In this document: one piece after another, positions 9,323 through 18,144 of the stretch | Layout of the letters: each line of letters opens with the position of its first letter | Position numbering within the stretch: the first letter of the stretch is position 1 | UHGV virus genome: UHGV-0030339 | Strand: one strand, 5' to 3' | Source of the DNA: a virus | Length of the DNA stretch: 60,348 bases | Notes under the pieces: model-generated | What the model was told of the DNA's origin: nothing | The model's input: the letters and a program-made list of their open reading frames with translations, nothing else | Database searches by the model: none | Position numbers and translations under genes: made by a program

Positions 9323-9799
9323 TTAGTTCTTTTTGTTCTCTGCCGTTTCCGAAACTGCCTGAGACGTTTTCTGCTTTTTGGCTTTTGCCATTCTGGATAA
9401 AAAACCATTCTCAAGCAACTCCTTCTGTAAAATAGAAAACAAGGTATTCATGTCTCCCTCTTCACCATCAAAATAATCATCCAGAAGCGCATATACTTTT
9501 TCCAGACATGCGTCTTTCTGACTTTCATTTTCCGGTTCATAACCAAACTCTTCTTTGTGGAATTTTTGCAGACCAACTAAAAGCATCTCTGGTAAGAAAA
9601 GTAAAAGTTTTTCCACTGACTCCATGTCTCCTGAAATATTATCCATATTCATCAGATCACGAATAATGCCAGACTTGATTGTAGCCTCATAGCCATACTT
9701 GATTTTTAATTCTCTATCTCCAAACTTAATTGTAGTCATTTTTATCCCCTTTCCCCTATGGTATACATAGGAAAGGGGGCACTCCGTAGAATGCCCCAC
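9323..9799 (-). CDS. tail assembly chaperone G (probable true start near 9739, MTTIKFGDRELKI...)
   Basis: position between major tail and TMP; acidic C-terminus; frameshift partner downstream. Confidence 0.6.
   Translation of the reverse strand: MGHSTECPLSYVYHRGKGIKMTTIKFGDRELKIKYGYEATIKSGIIRDLMNMDNISGDMESVEKLLLFLPEMLLVGLQKFHKEEFGYEPENESQKDACLEKVYALLDDYFDGEEGDMNTLFSILQKELLENGFLSRMAKAKKQKTSQAVSETAENKKN
9329..9335 (-). other. putative -1 programmed ribosomal frameshift slippery site (C AAA AAG) at the end of chaperone G
   Basis: minus-strand gag aac aaa aag aac taa; the -1 frame continues into ORF 8937..9281 without a stop. Confidence 0.5.
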
Positions 9800-9808
9800 T
9801 TATCTTAC

Positions 9809-10309
9809 TTATGATTTTTTAGTTAATGTAATGCTTGTCGGATAACCATTTTCATCCTCAACTACCGCAACGTCATAATCATCCTCAATCCACTTAGGAA
9901 CAGTCTGAACAGATACCGTTGCAGTACCAGTCAGATGATCATCGGATGCTTCTCCAGGTGCGAAGGACTCCTGACCAATAAATCCGCAGATTCCTTCTGA
10001 ACCCTTACCGTCTGTTCCATACAGAATGATAAAGTCCAGTTTCTTGCCCTCGTTGGTCACCATCTCATCTTTGTACTTTTTCTCAAAAGCACCCTCAACT
10101 TCCATGGAACCAGCAGAACGTCTTCCCATTTCCTGAGTCTCTACAAGATCCTCCAGCGTAGATGTGTCTACCATATTCTGAGAACCGAATGGAGACGGAA
10201 TGCTCTTCGCTCTCAGCAAAAGCTTATAAGTACCAGCCCAATACTCGCCTGTAGTTGCAGAAGTGCTGGTTTCTTTGTAAGCAATCCTTGATTTTAAGCC
10301 TGTAGCCAT
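9809..10309 (-). CDS. major tail (tube) protein
   Basis: 166 aa, position after tail completion genes, RBS, beta-rich composition. Confidence 0.6.
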   Translation of the reverse strand: MATGLKSRIAYKETSTSATTGEYWAGTYKLLLRAKSIPSPFGSQNMVDTSTLEDLVETQEMGRRSAGSMEVEGAFEKKYKDEMVTNEGKKLDFIILYGTDGKGSEGICGFIGQESFAPGEASDDHLTGTATVSVQTVPKWIEDDYDVAVVEDENGYPTSITLTKKS

Positions 10310-10359
10310 AGTTTTACCTCCTGAATTTTCATAAAAAAATAAGAGCCATAAGCCCTTTA

Positions 10360-10773
10360 CTACAAAATGTCTGTTGCGCTAATAATGCGCCGCGCCCTCA
10401 TCGTGCTTCTGTACGTTCCATTGTCACCGGAAAACTCCGGCATTACAGTTATCCGAAAGCACATGCGTTTAAACTCATCGGCTATGACTGCCATAACCTT
10501 ATTTGCATCACTCTGATTTGTATTAGTGATGACATCAACCTGGAACGTTTCTTGTACTGCATTCACGCTGATCCCTTCTAGGTCTTGTGCTTTCTCAACA
10601 CCAGGGAGTTCGTGCAGATACACCGTAGGAAACAGGGCCTTAGAAGTATTCTGCTCAATGTCGGTAAAGTAAATGTTTGGGTATTTTCCAGAAAGCTTCT
10701 CAGTCGCCCTGGATTTCACGATTGAGAATATTTTCTTTTCAAGGTCATATACCCATTGATTTACACTTATCAT
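10360..10773 (-). CDS. tail completion / head-tail joining protein
   Basis: position in the morphogenesis block. Confidence 0.4.
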   Translation of the reverse strand: MISVNQWVYDLEKKIFSIVKSRATEKLSGKYPNIYFTDIEQNTSKALFPTVYLHELPGVEKAQDLEGISVNAVQETFQVDVITNTNQSDANKVMAVIADEFKRMCFRITVMPEFSGDNGTYRSTMRARRIISATDIL

Positions 10774-11324
10774 GCGCCAAACACCTCCCTTACTGTCTCC
10801 TCTATAATGTCCCTCAATTCATTTGCTGTATTGTGCATAAATGGTCGGCTTGTCATGCCTTTTGTGATATGAACTTTTCCGTCCTTGCCAACATAACTCC
10901 AATAATACTCACCAGCCTTAACAAACGTGCTGCCATGAATTACAATGTCATTCAATGCCTGACGAATGGTTTTACCTGTATTGTATGACCATGAGATACC
11001 GTCTGGAAATCCATACGGATAAGGTGACTGCTGTCCTACTTGACCTGTACCAAATTCTACGAACAATGCATGATCGGTACCGGCCACAACAGCCCATACA
11101 CCGTCCCCTTTGTCTTCAGAGTGAATACTATTAAGAAGTTCACTGGTAAATACCGCATCAAGGTCCACAATCTCTGCCTTGGCAATCTCCACGCCCTTTT
11201 CAGCCAATCTTTGGCTAAGCATGTTACACTTATTTGCCAAATCCTTTTTATAGTCCTCTAAGTCCTTTATAGCGGCTCTAACGGACGAAACTGAAAGGTT
11301 AAACGTTATGGTATGGCCAGTCAT
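10770..11324 (-). CDS. head closure / minor capsid-like protein
   Basis: position, translational coupling. Confidence 0.4.
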   Translation of the reverse strand: MTGHTITFNLSVSSVRAAIKDLEDYKKDLANKCNMLSQRLAEKGVEIAKAEIVDLDAVFTSELLNSIHSEDKGDGVWAVVAGTDHALFVEFGTGQVGQQSPYPYGFPDGISWSYNTGKTIRQALNDIVIHGSTFVKAGEYYWSYVGKDGKVHITKGMTSRPFMHNTANELRDIIEETVREVFGA

Positions 11325-11749
11325 TACTTCACCACTTTTTGTAATAAGAACAAGTCTACAGTCAACCCCTCGTCAGCTACACCACGGACCGTGTAATCCG
11401 CAGTCAGCGGGTCAACGCCACCATAAGCATCATATCCCACAGCTGACTTTTTCCAAACCATGTCCCCGGCAGTCAGTGATAGATAACCTTTGTCTGTCAC
11501 AATCTGGACATAAGTGCTGCTATCATCAATACCAAATTCTTTAACAAGAACCTCACTAAGTTTGTTGCTGATGTTTGCATAAAACTCTTGTGGTTCGGAA
11601 TAACCGATTTTTTCGTCAGCAATAATCGGTATCTTATTCCCATCCCCATCAATGTAGTATTTTATGCTTCCATCTTCTTCTTTTTCATATACAATGATAC
11701 GCTGTCCTTTGCGGGAACATTTCATTTTCTGCTTATTAATATCAAGCAT
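11324..11749 (-). CDS. head-tail adaptor-like protein
   Basis: position. Confidence 0.35.
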   Translation of the reverse strand: MLDINKQKMKCSRKGQRIIVYEKEEDGSIKYYIDGDGNKIPIIADEKIGYSEPQEFYANISNKLSEVLVKEFGIDDSSTYVQIVTDKGYLSLTAGDMVWKKSAVGYDAYGGVDPLTADYTVRGVADEGLTVDLFLLQKVVK

Positions 11750-12020
11750 CTTTCTTTACCTGTTTAAATATCTGATTCACTCCGGTACTTGCCAAACCGC
11801 TAACAATGCCAACTGCAATAGCTGTCATAATATCGCTGGCTGGGAAATCAGGCATAACATACATTCCTACTGCTCCAAGAATGCCACCAGCCGCACCTAC
11901 TATGACCGGAATATAAGTATCCTTGACTCCATCCATTGTTTTAGCCACAAGCCCTACTAGATAACAAATAACCACTATTGCTAATGACGTTCCGATTTGA
12001 GTAATATCCATAATTATCAC
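11742..12020 (-). CDS. holin-like small membrane protein (3 predicted TM helices, charged C-terminus)
   Basis: 92 aa, three hydrophobic Gly-rich segments, ends KQVKKDA. Confidence 0.5.
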   Translation of the reverse strand: MIIMDITQIGTSLAIVVICYLVGLVAKTMDGVKDTYIPVIVGAAGGILGAVGMYVMPDFPASDIMTAIAVGIVSGLASTGVNQIFKQVKKDA

Positions 12021-12382
12021 TCCCTATCCTCTCTTTGTTCATCAATGCTCAACCGCCTGTTAAGTTCATCAATTCGTTTATGTGCCTGTTTACAGCTCTG
12101 TTCAAGCACAATCAACTTATCATTATGCTTTTGCAGATCCACTCTCACTGTGCTGAGTTCCGTCTTGATATCCTGCGTTGTCGAATTGATATTATCGAGT
12201 TTCATGTTAATACGAGTATTTTCTTTGACCCGTTCTTCAACATCTTTTGTATCAGTACGCTTATTGCTTTTTAATCCCATTATGATAGTAAAAGTAAGCG
12301 ATATCACGCTTATTACGATTGCTGCCGATACTTCTATCGTCACATCATATACCGCCTTCCTTTGTATTTGCACACTGCCCAC
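12017..12382 (-). CDS. XhlA-like membrane-anchored coiled-coil protein
   Basis: N-terminal TM (VSAAIVISVISLTFTIIMGL) then heptad-rich coiled coil; overlaps the holin start. Confidence 0.4.
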   Translation of the reverse strand: MGSVQIQRKAVYDVTIEVSAAIVISVISLTFTIIMGLKSNKRTDTKDVEERVKENTRINMKLDNINSTTQDIKTELSTVRVDLQKHNDKLIVLEQSCKQAHKRIDELNRRLSIDEQREDRE

Positions 12383-12471
12383 CGCCGCAAAAAAGTGTGC
12401 CCCCTGCTACGTTTTGTTGACCTCAACAAAACCATAACGCACAATCTTCTAACCCCCTCGATATCGAGGGG

Positions 12472-12834
12472 TTATAAAACCTTTACAAATGGATATACCC
12501 CAGCCAGAAGGCTATCACGATCCTTCCAGTTCCTGCTTACTCCATTCTCTGTATAAGATGCCATATAAGCCTCTCCTGCCTGTGACCTGTCATACACAAC
12601 CAAATTTACGATGACACTTTCATATTTCTTCATGTCATTTTCAATTTGTTCCTTTGTATAACTCTCTGGGTACATCCGCCTGCTCATGATTTCATCTGTT
12701 GCCTGAACAATTAGCTGCTCCAATAATGGATTTTCTTCTTTATGGTCAAACACAGTAATGTCAGTTCCGGAGCTATCATCGATGTGAAATTGTTTCAGCC
12801 GGATTTTTACCTGCTCTAATACCGTATATGCCAT
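12472..12834 (-). CDS. gp6-like head-tail connector protein
   Basis: MAYTVLEQVKIRLKQFHIDDSS... typical of the Phage_connect_1 family. Confidence 0.6.
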   Translation of the reverse strand: MAYTVLEQVKIRLKQFHIDDSSGTDITVFDHKEENPLLEQLIVQATDEIMSRRMYPESYTKEQIENDMKKYESVIVNLVVYDRSQAGEAYMASYTENGVSRNWKDRDSLLAGVYPFVKVL

Positions 12835-12842
12835 AAAACCTC

Positions 12843-13079
12843 CTAAAGCCCAAACAAGTTGATAAAATACTCTTTCAGTGCTGATCCTGTCATAGATTCA
12901 TATCCTACAACTCCATTTTCAGCAGCAAGAGACTTTAAATCGTCAGTGCTCATTCTGTTAATTTCTGTTTTGGTAAACCTTTGGTCAAATGGTAAAGAAG
13001 CGGTTTCACCCACTTTTTTAATTTCTTGACCAGGAAGATACCATTTGCCATTGTATTTAACTTTGTAGTCAAACTTCAT
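12843..13079 (-). CDS. small protein with HeH/SAP-like motif
   Basis: DDLKSLAAENGVVG motif. Confidence 0.35.
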   Translation of the reverse strand: MKFDYKVKYNGKWYLPGQEIKKVGETASLPFDQRFTKTEINRMSTDDLKSLAAENGVVGYESMTGSALKEYFINLFGL

Positions 13080-13095
13080 GGTAATAGCCCTCCAA

Positions 13096-14202
13096 TTAAT
13101 AACACTTGATTACATATGTGCTATCCATTCTTTCATAGGACGGAAGTACGATTTCAGATACGGTAGTCTTTGTCTGTACTGGATCACTGGTGGTTGTCAC
13201 TGCCACAGCTACACCAGTATTGACAATTGATACATCTGCTTCTCCACTTCCCATAAGGGTTCTTTCCTCAGGAGTTGTACCATACCAAGTGTTTCCTAAT
13301 GCACCATTAGGAATAAGTGTTGCAAATCCATCTGGATAGAATTTGGCAGCAGTGCCAGCCTCATTCTTGTACTGCTTTGAGTATACAATAATGCTTACTC
13401 CTAACTCGTTGGAGAATACTTCTTTTACACGATTGTCATTCATGAAAATGTTAGCTGTTACATTTTGTGCCAGAATAGCATTGCGGATTTTCTTATTCTG
13501 CTTCAGATAATCCATTGTCTTTCTGGAAACAATCATGATGGATGGGCGTTCTCCAGTTTCTGCTTCTACTGCATCTAATGCAGTAGCAACATCATCTAAT
13601 GGGTCAGAATTAGTAGTATCGTCCCATTTATCAGTTGCAGTTTCAAGTGAAGCAAAATTCTTCGTAGCATATGTGTTGTTTGGATCATAGTTATATGCAT
13701 AATTTACTCCATTTGCCTGAATTGAAATCTTAGGATGTCCATCGGATGGTGCTAATAACTGCATAATCATACGTTCTGGAACAACATTGGCACCGTCAAT
13801 TAAGGTATTGGCATCATCGAAGATTCTGCTCAATACTTCTGATGCATATGGATCCGTACTATCCTGAACACGCATAATTTCCTGTTCATCTGCTTCCTTA
13901 ATCAGCATTGATTCGCGAAAAAACGCCATCTCTGTTTCAGTCAGCTTAAAACCTTCACGGCTTCTAAGAGTAGACACAGCATCAAAATTTGATGGTGCCA
14001 GGGAAACTGGAAGACCTTTAGATGTCTTGATCCACTTCAGGTCAAGTCCCATTTTCTTTTTTGCCGGAAATAATCCGGAACCAAGATATGCAATTTTGTT
14101 ACTTGCAACTTCTGTATTTACGAGTGCAATCGCTTTAGCGCTATACGCATCTCTAATATTCATCATGTCCTCACTTTCTACCGATACGGTTAATGGTCGC
14201 AA
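13096..14202 (-). CDS. major capsid protein (lambda gpE-like)
   Basis: 368 aa immediately after a 112-aa D-like decoration gene and a scaffold gene. Confidence 0.7.
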   Translation of the reverse strand: MRPLTVSVESEDMMNIRDAYSAKAIALVNTEVASNKIAYLGSGLFPAKKKMGLDLKWIKTSKGLPVSLAPSNFDAVSTLRSREGFKLTETEMAFFRESMLIKEADEQEIMRVQDSTDPYASEVLSRIFDDANTLIDGANVVPERMIMQLLAPSDGHPKISIQANGVNYAYNYDPNNTYATKNFASLETATDKWDDTTNSDPLDDVATALDAVEAETGERPSIMIVSRKTMDYLKQNKKIRNAILAQNVTANIFMNDNRVKEVFSNELGVSIIVYSKQYKNEAGTAAKFYPDGFATLIPNGALGNTWYGTTPEERTLMGSGEADVSIVNTGVAVAVTTTSDPVQTKTTVSEIVLPSYERMDSTYVIKCY

Positions 14203-14222
14203 ATCTTTATGACCATTTTTTC

Positions 14223-14561
14223 TTACTCAAATACAATAAGCGGAAGTGCTGTTTTTACACCTGATGCAATTGTAATTCCCGCATTAGTGTTCGCATTGGT
14301 CTCATTTACACATGCAAATGCCTTCACAATGGTTCCATTCGGGTTTGAATCATATACATCTGTCAGAAGTATTCCTACTGCTGCCCCATCAGAAGATCCA
14401 GCATTTACTTTTTTTCCAGTAGCATCAATGGGATTTCCTGCCTTGCAAACATGATCCGTAAAAGCTGTAGAATCGAGGGTGATCTCTTCAAACAGTTCTC
14501 CGCCCAGTTTTCTTTTTAAAATTTCTTTCTGTGTAGTTACACTAGACTCTGTAAATTTCAT
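14223..14561 (-). CDS. head decoration protein (gpD-like)
   Basis: 112 aa, directly upstream of the MCP. Confidence 0.5.
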   Translation of the reverse strand: MKFTESSVTTQKEILKRKLGGELFEEITLDSTAFTDHVCKAGNPIDATGKKVNAGSSDGAAVGILLTDVYDSNPNGTIVKAFACVNETNANTNAGITIASGVKTALPLIVFE

Positions 14562-14571
14562 TGCTTGCCTC

Positions 14572-15129
14572 CTATAAATAACTATCTACGACTGACTTTG
14601 CAGCTTCATTCACTCCGGCAAGTGACTTTCCAATTGACTCAGCTGCTTTTTCAGCATCTGTTTTTGCTTTATTACCGCCTGTTCCACCACCCGGAATTTC
14701 CTGATTTTTAGCAATCTCTTGTTCCTTGGCCTGTGCTGCAGCCGTTTCTTTATCGGACATAATTTTTCCAAGTTCAGCGTAGTCAAGGCTACCGTCATCT
14801 TTCACAACCGTTTTGGCCTGTTCAGCTGTAATCTTAAAATTGGTCATTGCAGCTTCTCTCTGATCTCTGATGGCATTATTCTTCTGTAGGTCAGCAATTG
14901 TCTTATTCGCCGCTTCCAGAGCCTTGTTGACTTTCTCAACCTCAGAAAGATTACCGGCTTCCAAGTCATCAATTTTTTTCTGAAGATCAGCCGCCTTATC
15001 TGCATCAGCTTTATAAGCCTTTGCTTTTTCTTTTTCCCTAGCCACTTCACTGTTGTTCTGATTTAACAGATTTGTAATCTGGTCATCGGTTGCGTCTGGA
15101 AAAAGTTTTAAGATTTGTTCCCTTGTCAT
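14572..15129 (-). CDS. capsid scaffolding protein
   Basis: 185 aa, highly charged coiled coil (KAKAYKADADKAADLQKKIDDLEA). Confidence 0.65.
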   Translation of the reverse strand: MTREQILKLFPDATDDQITNLLNQNNSEVAREKEKAKAYKADADKAADLQKKIDDLEAGNLSEVEKVNKALEAANKTIADLQKNNAIRDQREAAMTNFKITAEQAKTVVKDDGSLDYAELGKIMSDKETAAAQAKEQEIAKNQEIPGGGTGGNKAKTDAEKAAESIGKSLAGVNEAAKSVVDSYL

Positions 15130-15244
15130 AAAAAATTACCTCCATTACTCACGCTTTTGTTTCCGCAGGTCGCTCCTGCTGAGTTTCCTATTTACCGCAT
15201 AGGTGCAAATTTTTATAAGAAAAAAGCAACCCTAAAAAGGTTGC

Positions 15245-15880
15245 TTAATCTTTCGTGTATCTCAATGAACATCGACAATTAATAATTTCCTCGGGAAAAG
15301 CATCTGCTCCTAAAGATGTATCCCTCGGGAACATCATTTGCGCTTTTCCAACATCGAAATGCTCAAAAATACCTATTTTCTGTTCATCTAATCTGATATG
15401 TGTATGCCGAACACGGCTATCTTTCATCGTGCGCCAAGTCTTGAACCGGTATCCCTGTTTTACCATTTCCACCTGCTCTCGATAGTTTCCAACAGAGTTA
15501 GCCTCATTGGCAGCCAGAAGCATTGCTCTGTCTTCTGACAGGTAATACTCACTGTCGACATTCTCCAATGTGGTATCAACAATCGACTTTGTTACCTGCG
15601 CAGCGTATTCCGAAATATATGCCGGAGTTGCTTTTACACCCATATACTTTGTGGCAATCTGACAATATTTATCATCAATGTACTGATAGCAACTGTCTGC
15701 ATTCTCATCATCCTGTACTGCCATTGCAAATAAAAGTAAAAAAGCCGCTTCCATATCTTTTGCAAGTTGAATGCGGTCTTTCTTTTCCTTTTCCGATATT
15801 TCCATTTCTCCAAAATATTGCTCATAGGATAGTGGTTCGGCTATATTCAGTTCATCTATGTCTAGTCTACGACTTGCCAT
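15245..15880 (-). CDS. head morphogenesis protein (Mu F-like / SPP1 gp7 family)
   Basis: C-terminal ...RHTHIRLDEQ...INCRCSL motif. Confidence 0.65.
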   Translation of the reverse strand: MASRRLDIDELNIAEPLSYEQYFGEMEISEKEKKDRIQLAKDMEAAFLLLFAMAVQDDENADSCYQYIDDKYCQIATKYMGVKATPAYISEYAAQVTKSIVDTTLENVDSEYYLSEDRAMLLAANEANSVGNYREQVEMVKQGYRFKTWRTMKDSRVRHTHIRLDEQKIGIFEHFDVGKAQMMFPRDTSLGADAFPEEIINCRCSLRYTKD

Positions 15881-15884
15881 ATCA

Positions 15885-17387
15885 TCACTTCTCTACCTTC
15901 TGATTGCTGTTACTGATATTATTTCCATTTTGATTGCCAATCTGAGAAGCTATTTCTTGCGCTTTGCGTTCCTGTTCTTCCACATCATCAATGGTTTTCC
16001 ACAAATTATCAACGTATGGCTTAGACAGAAGGAAGGTCTTTTCTGCATCTCCCCAAAGCCCGACAGTCTTTATTGCAACAAGCGGATGAATGCCACATTG
16101 AAGAAGCTGTAACAGTGTCTGTGACTTAGTATACATGTTGTCCTGAGGACTGTGATTAATCTGTACATCAAAATCACGAACAGTAAGGTTCAAACCGTTA
16201 CCTGCAACACGCAGAACATTCAGCACTACCATTGCAAGCCTTTTCTCTGCCGACTTAACAAGCGGGTCTTTCAGTTTTGCCCTGGTTTTAGAAAAGTCCC
16301 ATCCATTTCTCAACTGTACCGCCCCTTGTGTATCGCCTCCGGTATTGCTCTGCTTCGTTGGAATAGCCAGAATTGACAACGTATTATCCCACAGATCATC
16401 TTTTGCGACTTGACATTGGGACTGATTCAATTCCTGTGTCATCACATCAACATCAGACTTATTGTCTTTATTAATGGACTTTACTACTAGAGCCCTGTTC
16501 ATCTTCATTTTTTTAAACTGCTCTTCGTCAACTTCGCAGTTTACAAATTTAATCCACGACTGAACGAACTGTTCAATACCATCCATGCGGTTGGACTGCA
16601 TGTTGTTAATCGCATCCAGCATAGAAATAACCAGTTCAATATCTGAAATTCTTTCATGATTGTTCGGATACTCTACAATCGGGATTCCGCCATATGTATG
16701 CAGTTTTGTTTCAACCACATTGCTGTCAGCAATCTTAAATGACATCGTTTCGGAAAATGCCAGTTTGCAGTATTTTCCTTCCTCATCCTTCAGTTCTTGT
16801 ACGGCAAGAATCGGTTCTTCCGTGTTCCTGTTATAAATCATGAAGGTATTCATAGGAGTAGGTGCAGTAATCCGAAACGGAACGTCTCCTTGCTTTGGCT
16901 GTATAGCTTTAAACGATGTTCCTGTAGCCGACTGCCACTCACCGGCCTTAATGTCCTTTTCCTGCTTGTTGGCATCTACCATGTAATCGTTCAGCTCATC
17001 AACAGCCTTGTTGATAGCTTCATCATCTTTCCGGCTGATAAACTGCACAGGTTCTCCATATATCTGGCCCACTTTAAACTGGACAATCTCATAAGCATGA
17101 TTCTCAACGATTTTGTTTGTTATGTCCTCATTGGTAATCTTCGTTCTGTATAAAGTTGGCTGGTCACCTTTATAGTAGCGCCATAGATACCTGATTGCAA
17201 TTTTATTCCCATAGAAAACACCAATGCAATCACCAATTACCTTTACAACATTCTGTGGTGTGATTTTATCGACATCCGTATATGCTATTTTTCGTCCATA
17301 AACTCCATGAACCAGGTCTTGGAATTTCATTGTGTTTCTTGTAAAATTCATGTTTTCACCTACATATAAGTAAGGCCTGAAGAACAT
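15885..17387 (-). CDS. portal protein
   Basis: 500 aa between terL and the head morphogenesis gene. Confidence 0.8.
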   Translation of the reverse strand: MFFRPYLYVGENMNFTRNTMKFQDLVHGVYGRKIAYTDVDKITPQNVVKVIGDCIGVFYGNKIAIRYLWRYYKGDQPTLYRTKITNEDITNKIVENHAYEIVQFKVGQIYGEPVQFISRKDDEAINKAVDELNDYMVDANKQEKDIKAGEWQSATGTSFKAIQPKQGDVPFRITAPTPMNTFMIYNRNTEEPILAVQELKDEEGKYCKLAFSETMSFKIADSNVVETKLHTYGGIPIVEYPNNHERISDIELVISMLDAINNMQSNRMDGIEQFVQSWIKFVNCEVDEEQFKKMKMNRALVVKSINKDNKSDVDVMTQELNQSQCQVAKDDLWDNTLSILAIPTKQSNTGGDTQGAVQLRNGWDFSKTRAKLKDPLVKSAEKRLAMVVLNVLRVAGNGLNLTVRDFDVQINHSPQDNMYTKSQTLLQLLQCGIHPLVAIKTVGLWGDAEKTFLLSKPYVDNLWKTIDDVEEQERKAQEIASQIGNQNGNNISNSNQKVEK

Positions 17388-17557
17388 TTTCTTTCAGGTC
17401 TCTCTTTCAGTTCAGTATCATCATTATCGGGATAATAGATGACCCGCCTATAGCATTTTTTGCAAATACAAATAACTGGTGTTGATGTACGCCCGTCCCA
17501 TCTGCCTACTCTTATACCGCATCTAGGACAGTACACAGTTTTAGGTTCATGCTTCAT
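17360..17557 (-). CDS. small zinc-ribbon protein
   Basis: CPRCG...CKKC. Confidence 0.35.
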   Translation of the reverse strand: MKHEPKTVYCPRCGIRVGRWDGRTSTPVICICKKCYRRVIYYPDNDDTELKERPERKCSSGLTYM

Positions 17558-17697
17558 ACTGGTATCCTCTTTTCACATAAGAAAAGCGCTACCACATTAT
17601 GGTAGCGCTCCTCACGTTTGGATGGATTGGATTTTTACAAGTATATAGTAACACATTGTTTTTTCAAAATAAAGCATTGTAAAGAGGACATTTCGGG

Positions 17698-18144
17698 TCA
17701 TTTTGACTCATTGTGGGACACTTTGCCCCCTAAATACTTATTCCCGTACATATTTTCAAAAACAGCCAATGCATTGTAATAAATCCTTTTGACTTGTTTA
17801 AGCGAAATATCACCTCTAAGTCGAATGGTTTTTAAATCCTTATCCAAAATAAACTTCTGACACAGAACATCATACATATTCGTATCTGGAATGCTTTCAA
17901 TTTCTTGAACAATCTCATATCGCTTATCAATAATATTGTCAACTTCACGTTCCATATCTACAATTTTGGAAACATATGAACTAATTTTGTCAGGATTCTT
18001 CGAGGTCTGTATTCTATCACCATTACTCTGAACAGCCGACGTGCTGTAGATAATAGACCTTAGATTTTCAACTTCCTTTAATTTATTTTCAATCATTCGA
18101 TTATATCTTACTACTAATGATAAATACTCTCTCGTTTCCATCAT
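17698..18144 (-). CDS. hypothetical protein between terL and portal
   Basis: 148-aa ORF coupled to the terL stop. Confidence 0.4.
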   Translation of the reverse strand: MMETREYLSLVVRYNRMIENKLKEVENLRSIIYSTSAVQSNGDRIQTSKNPDKISSYVSKIVDMEREVDNIIDKRYEIVQEIESIPDTNMYDVLCQKFILDKDLKTIRLRGDISLKQVKRIYYNALAVFENMYGNKYLGGKVSHNESK

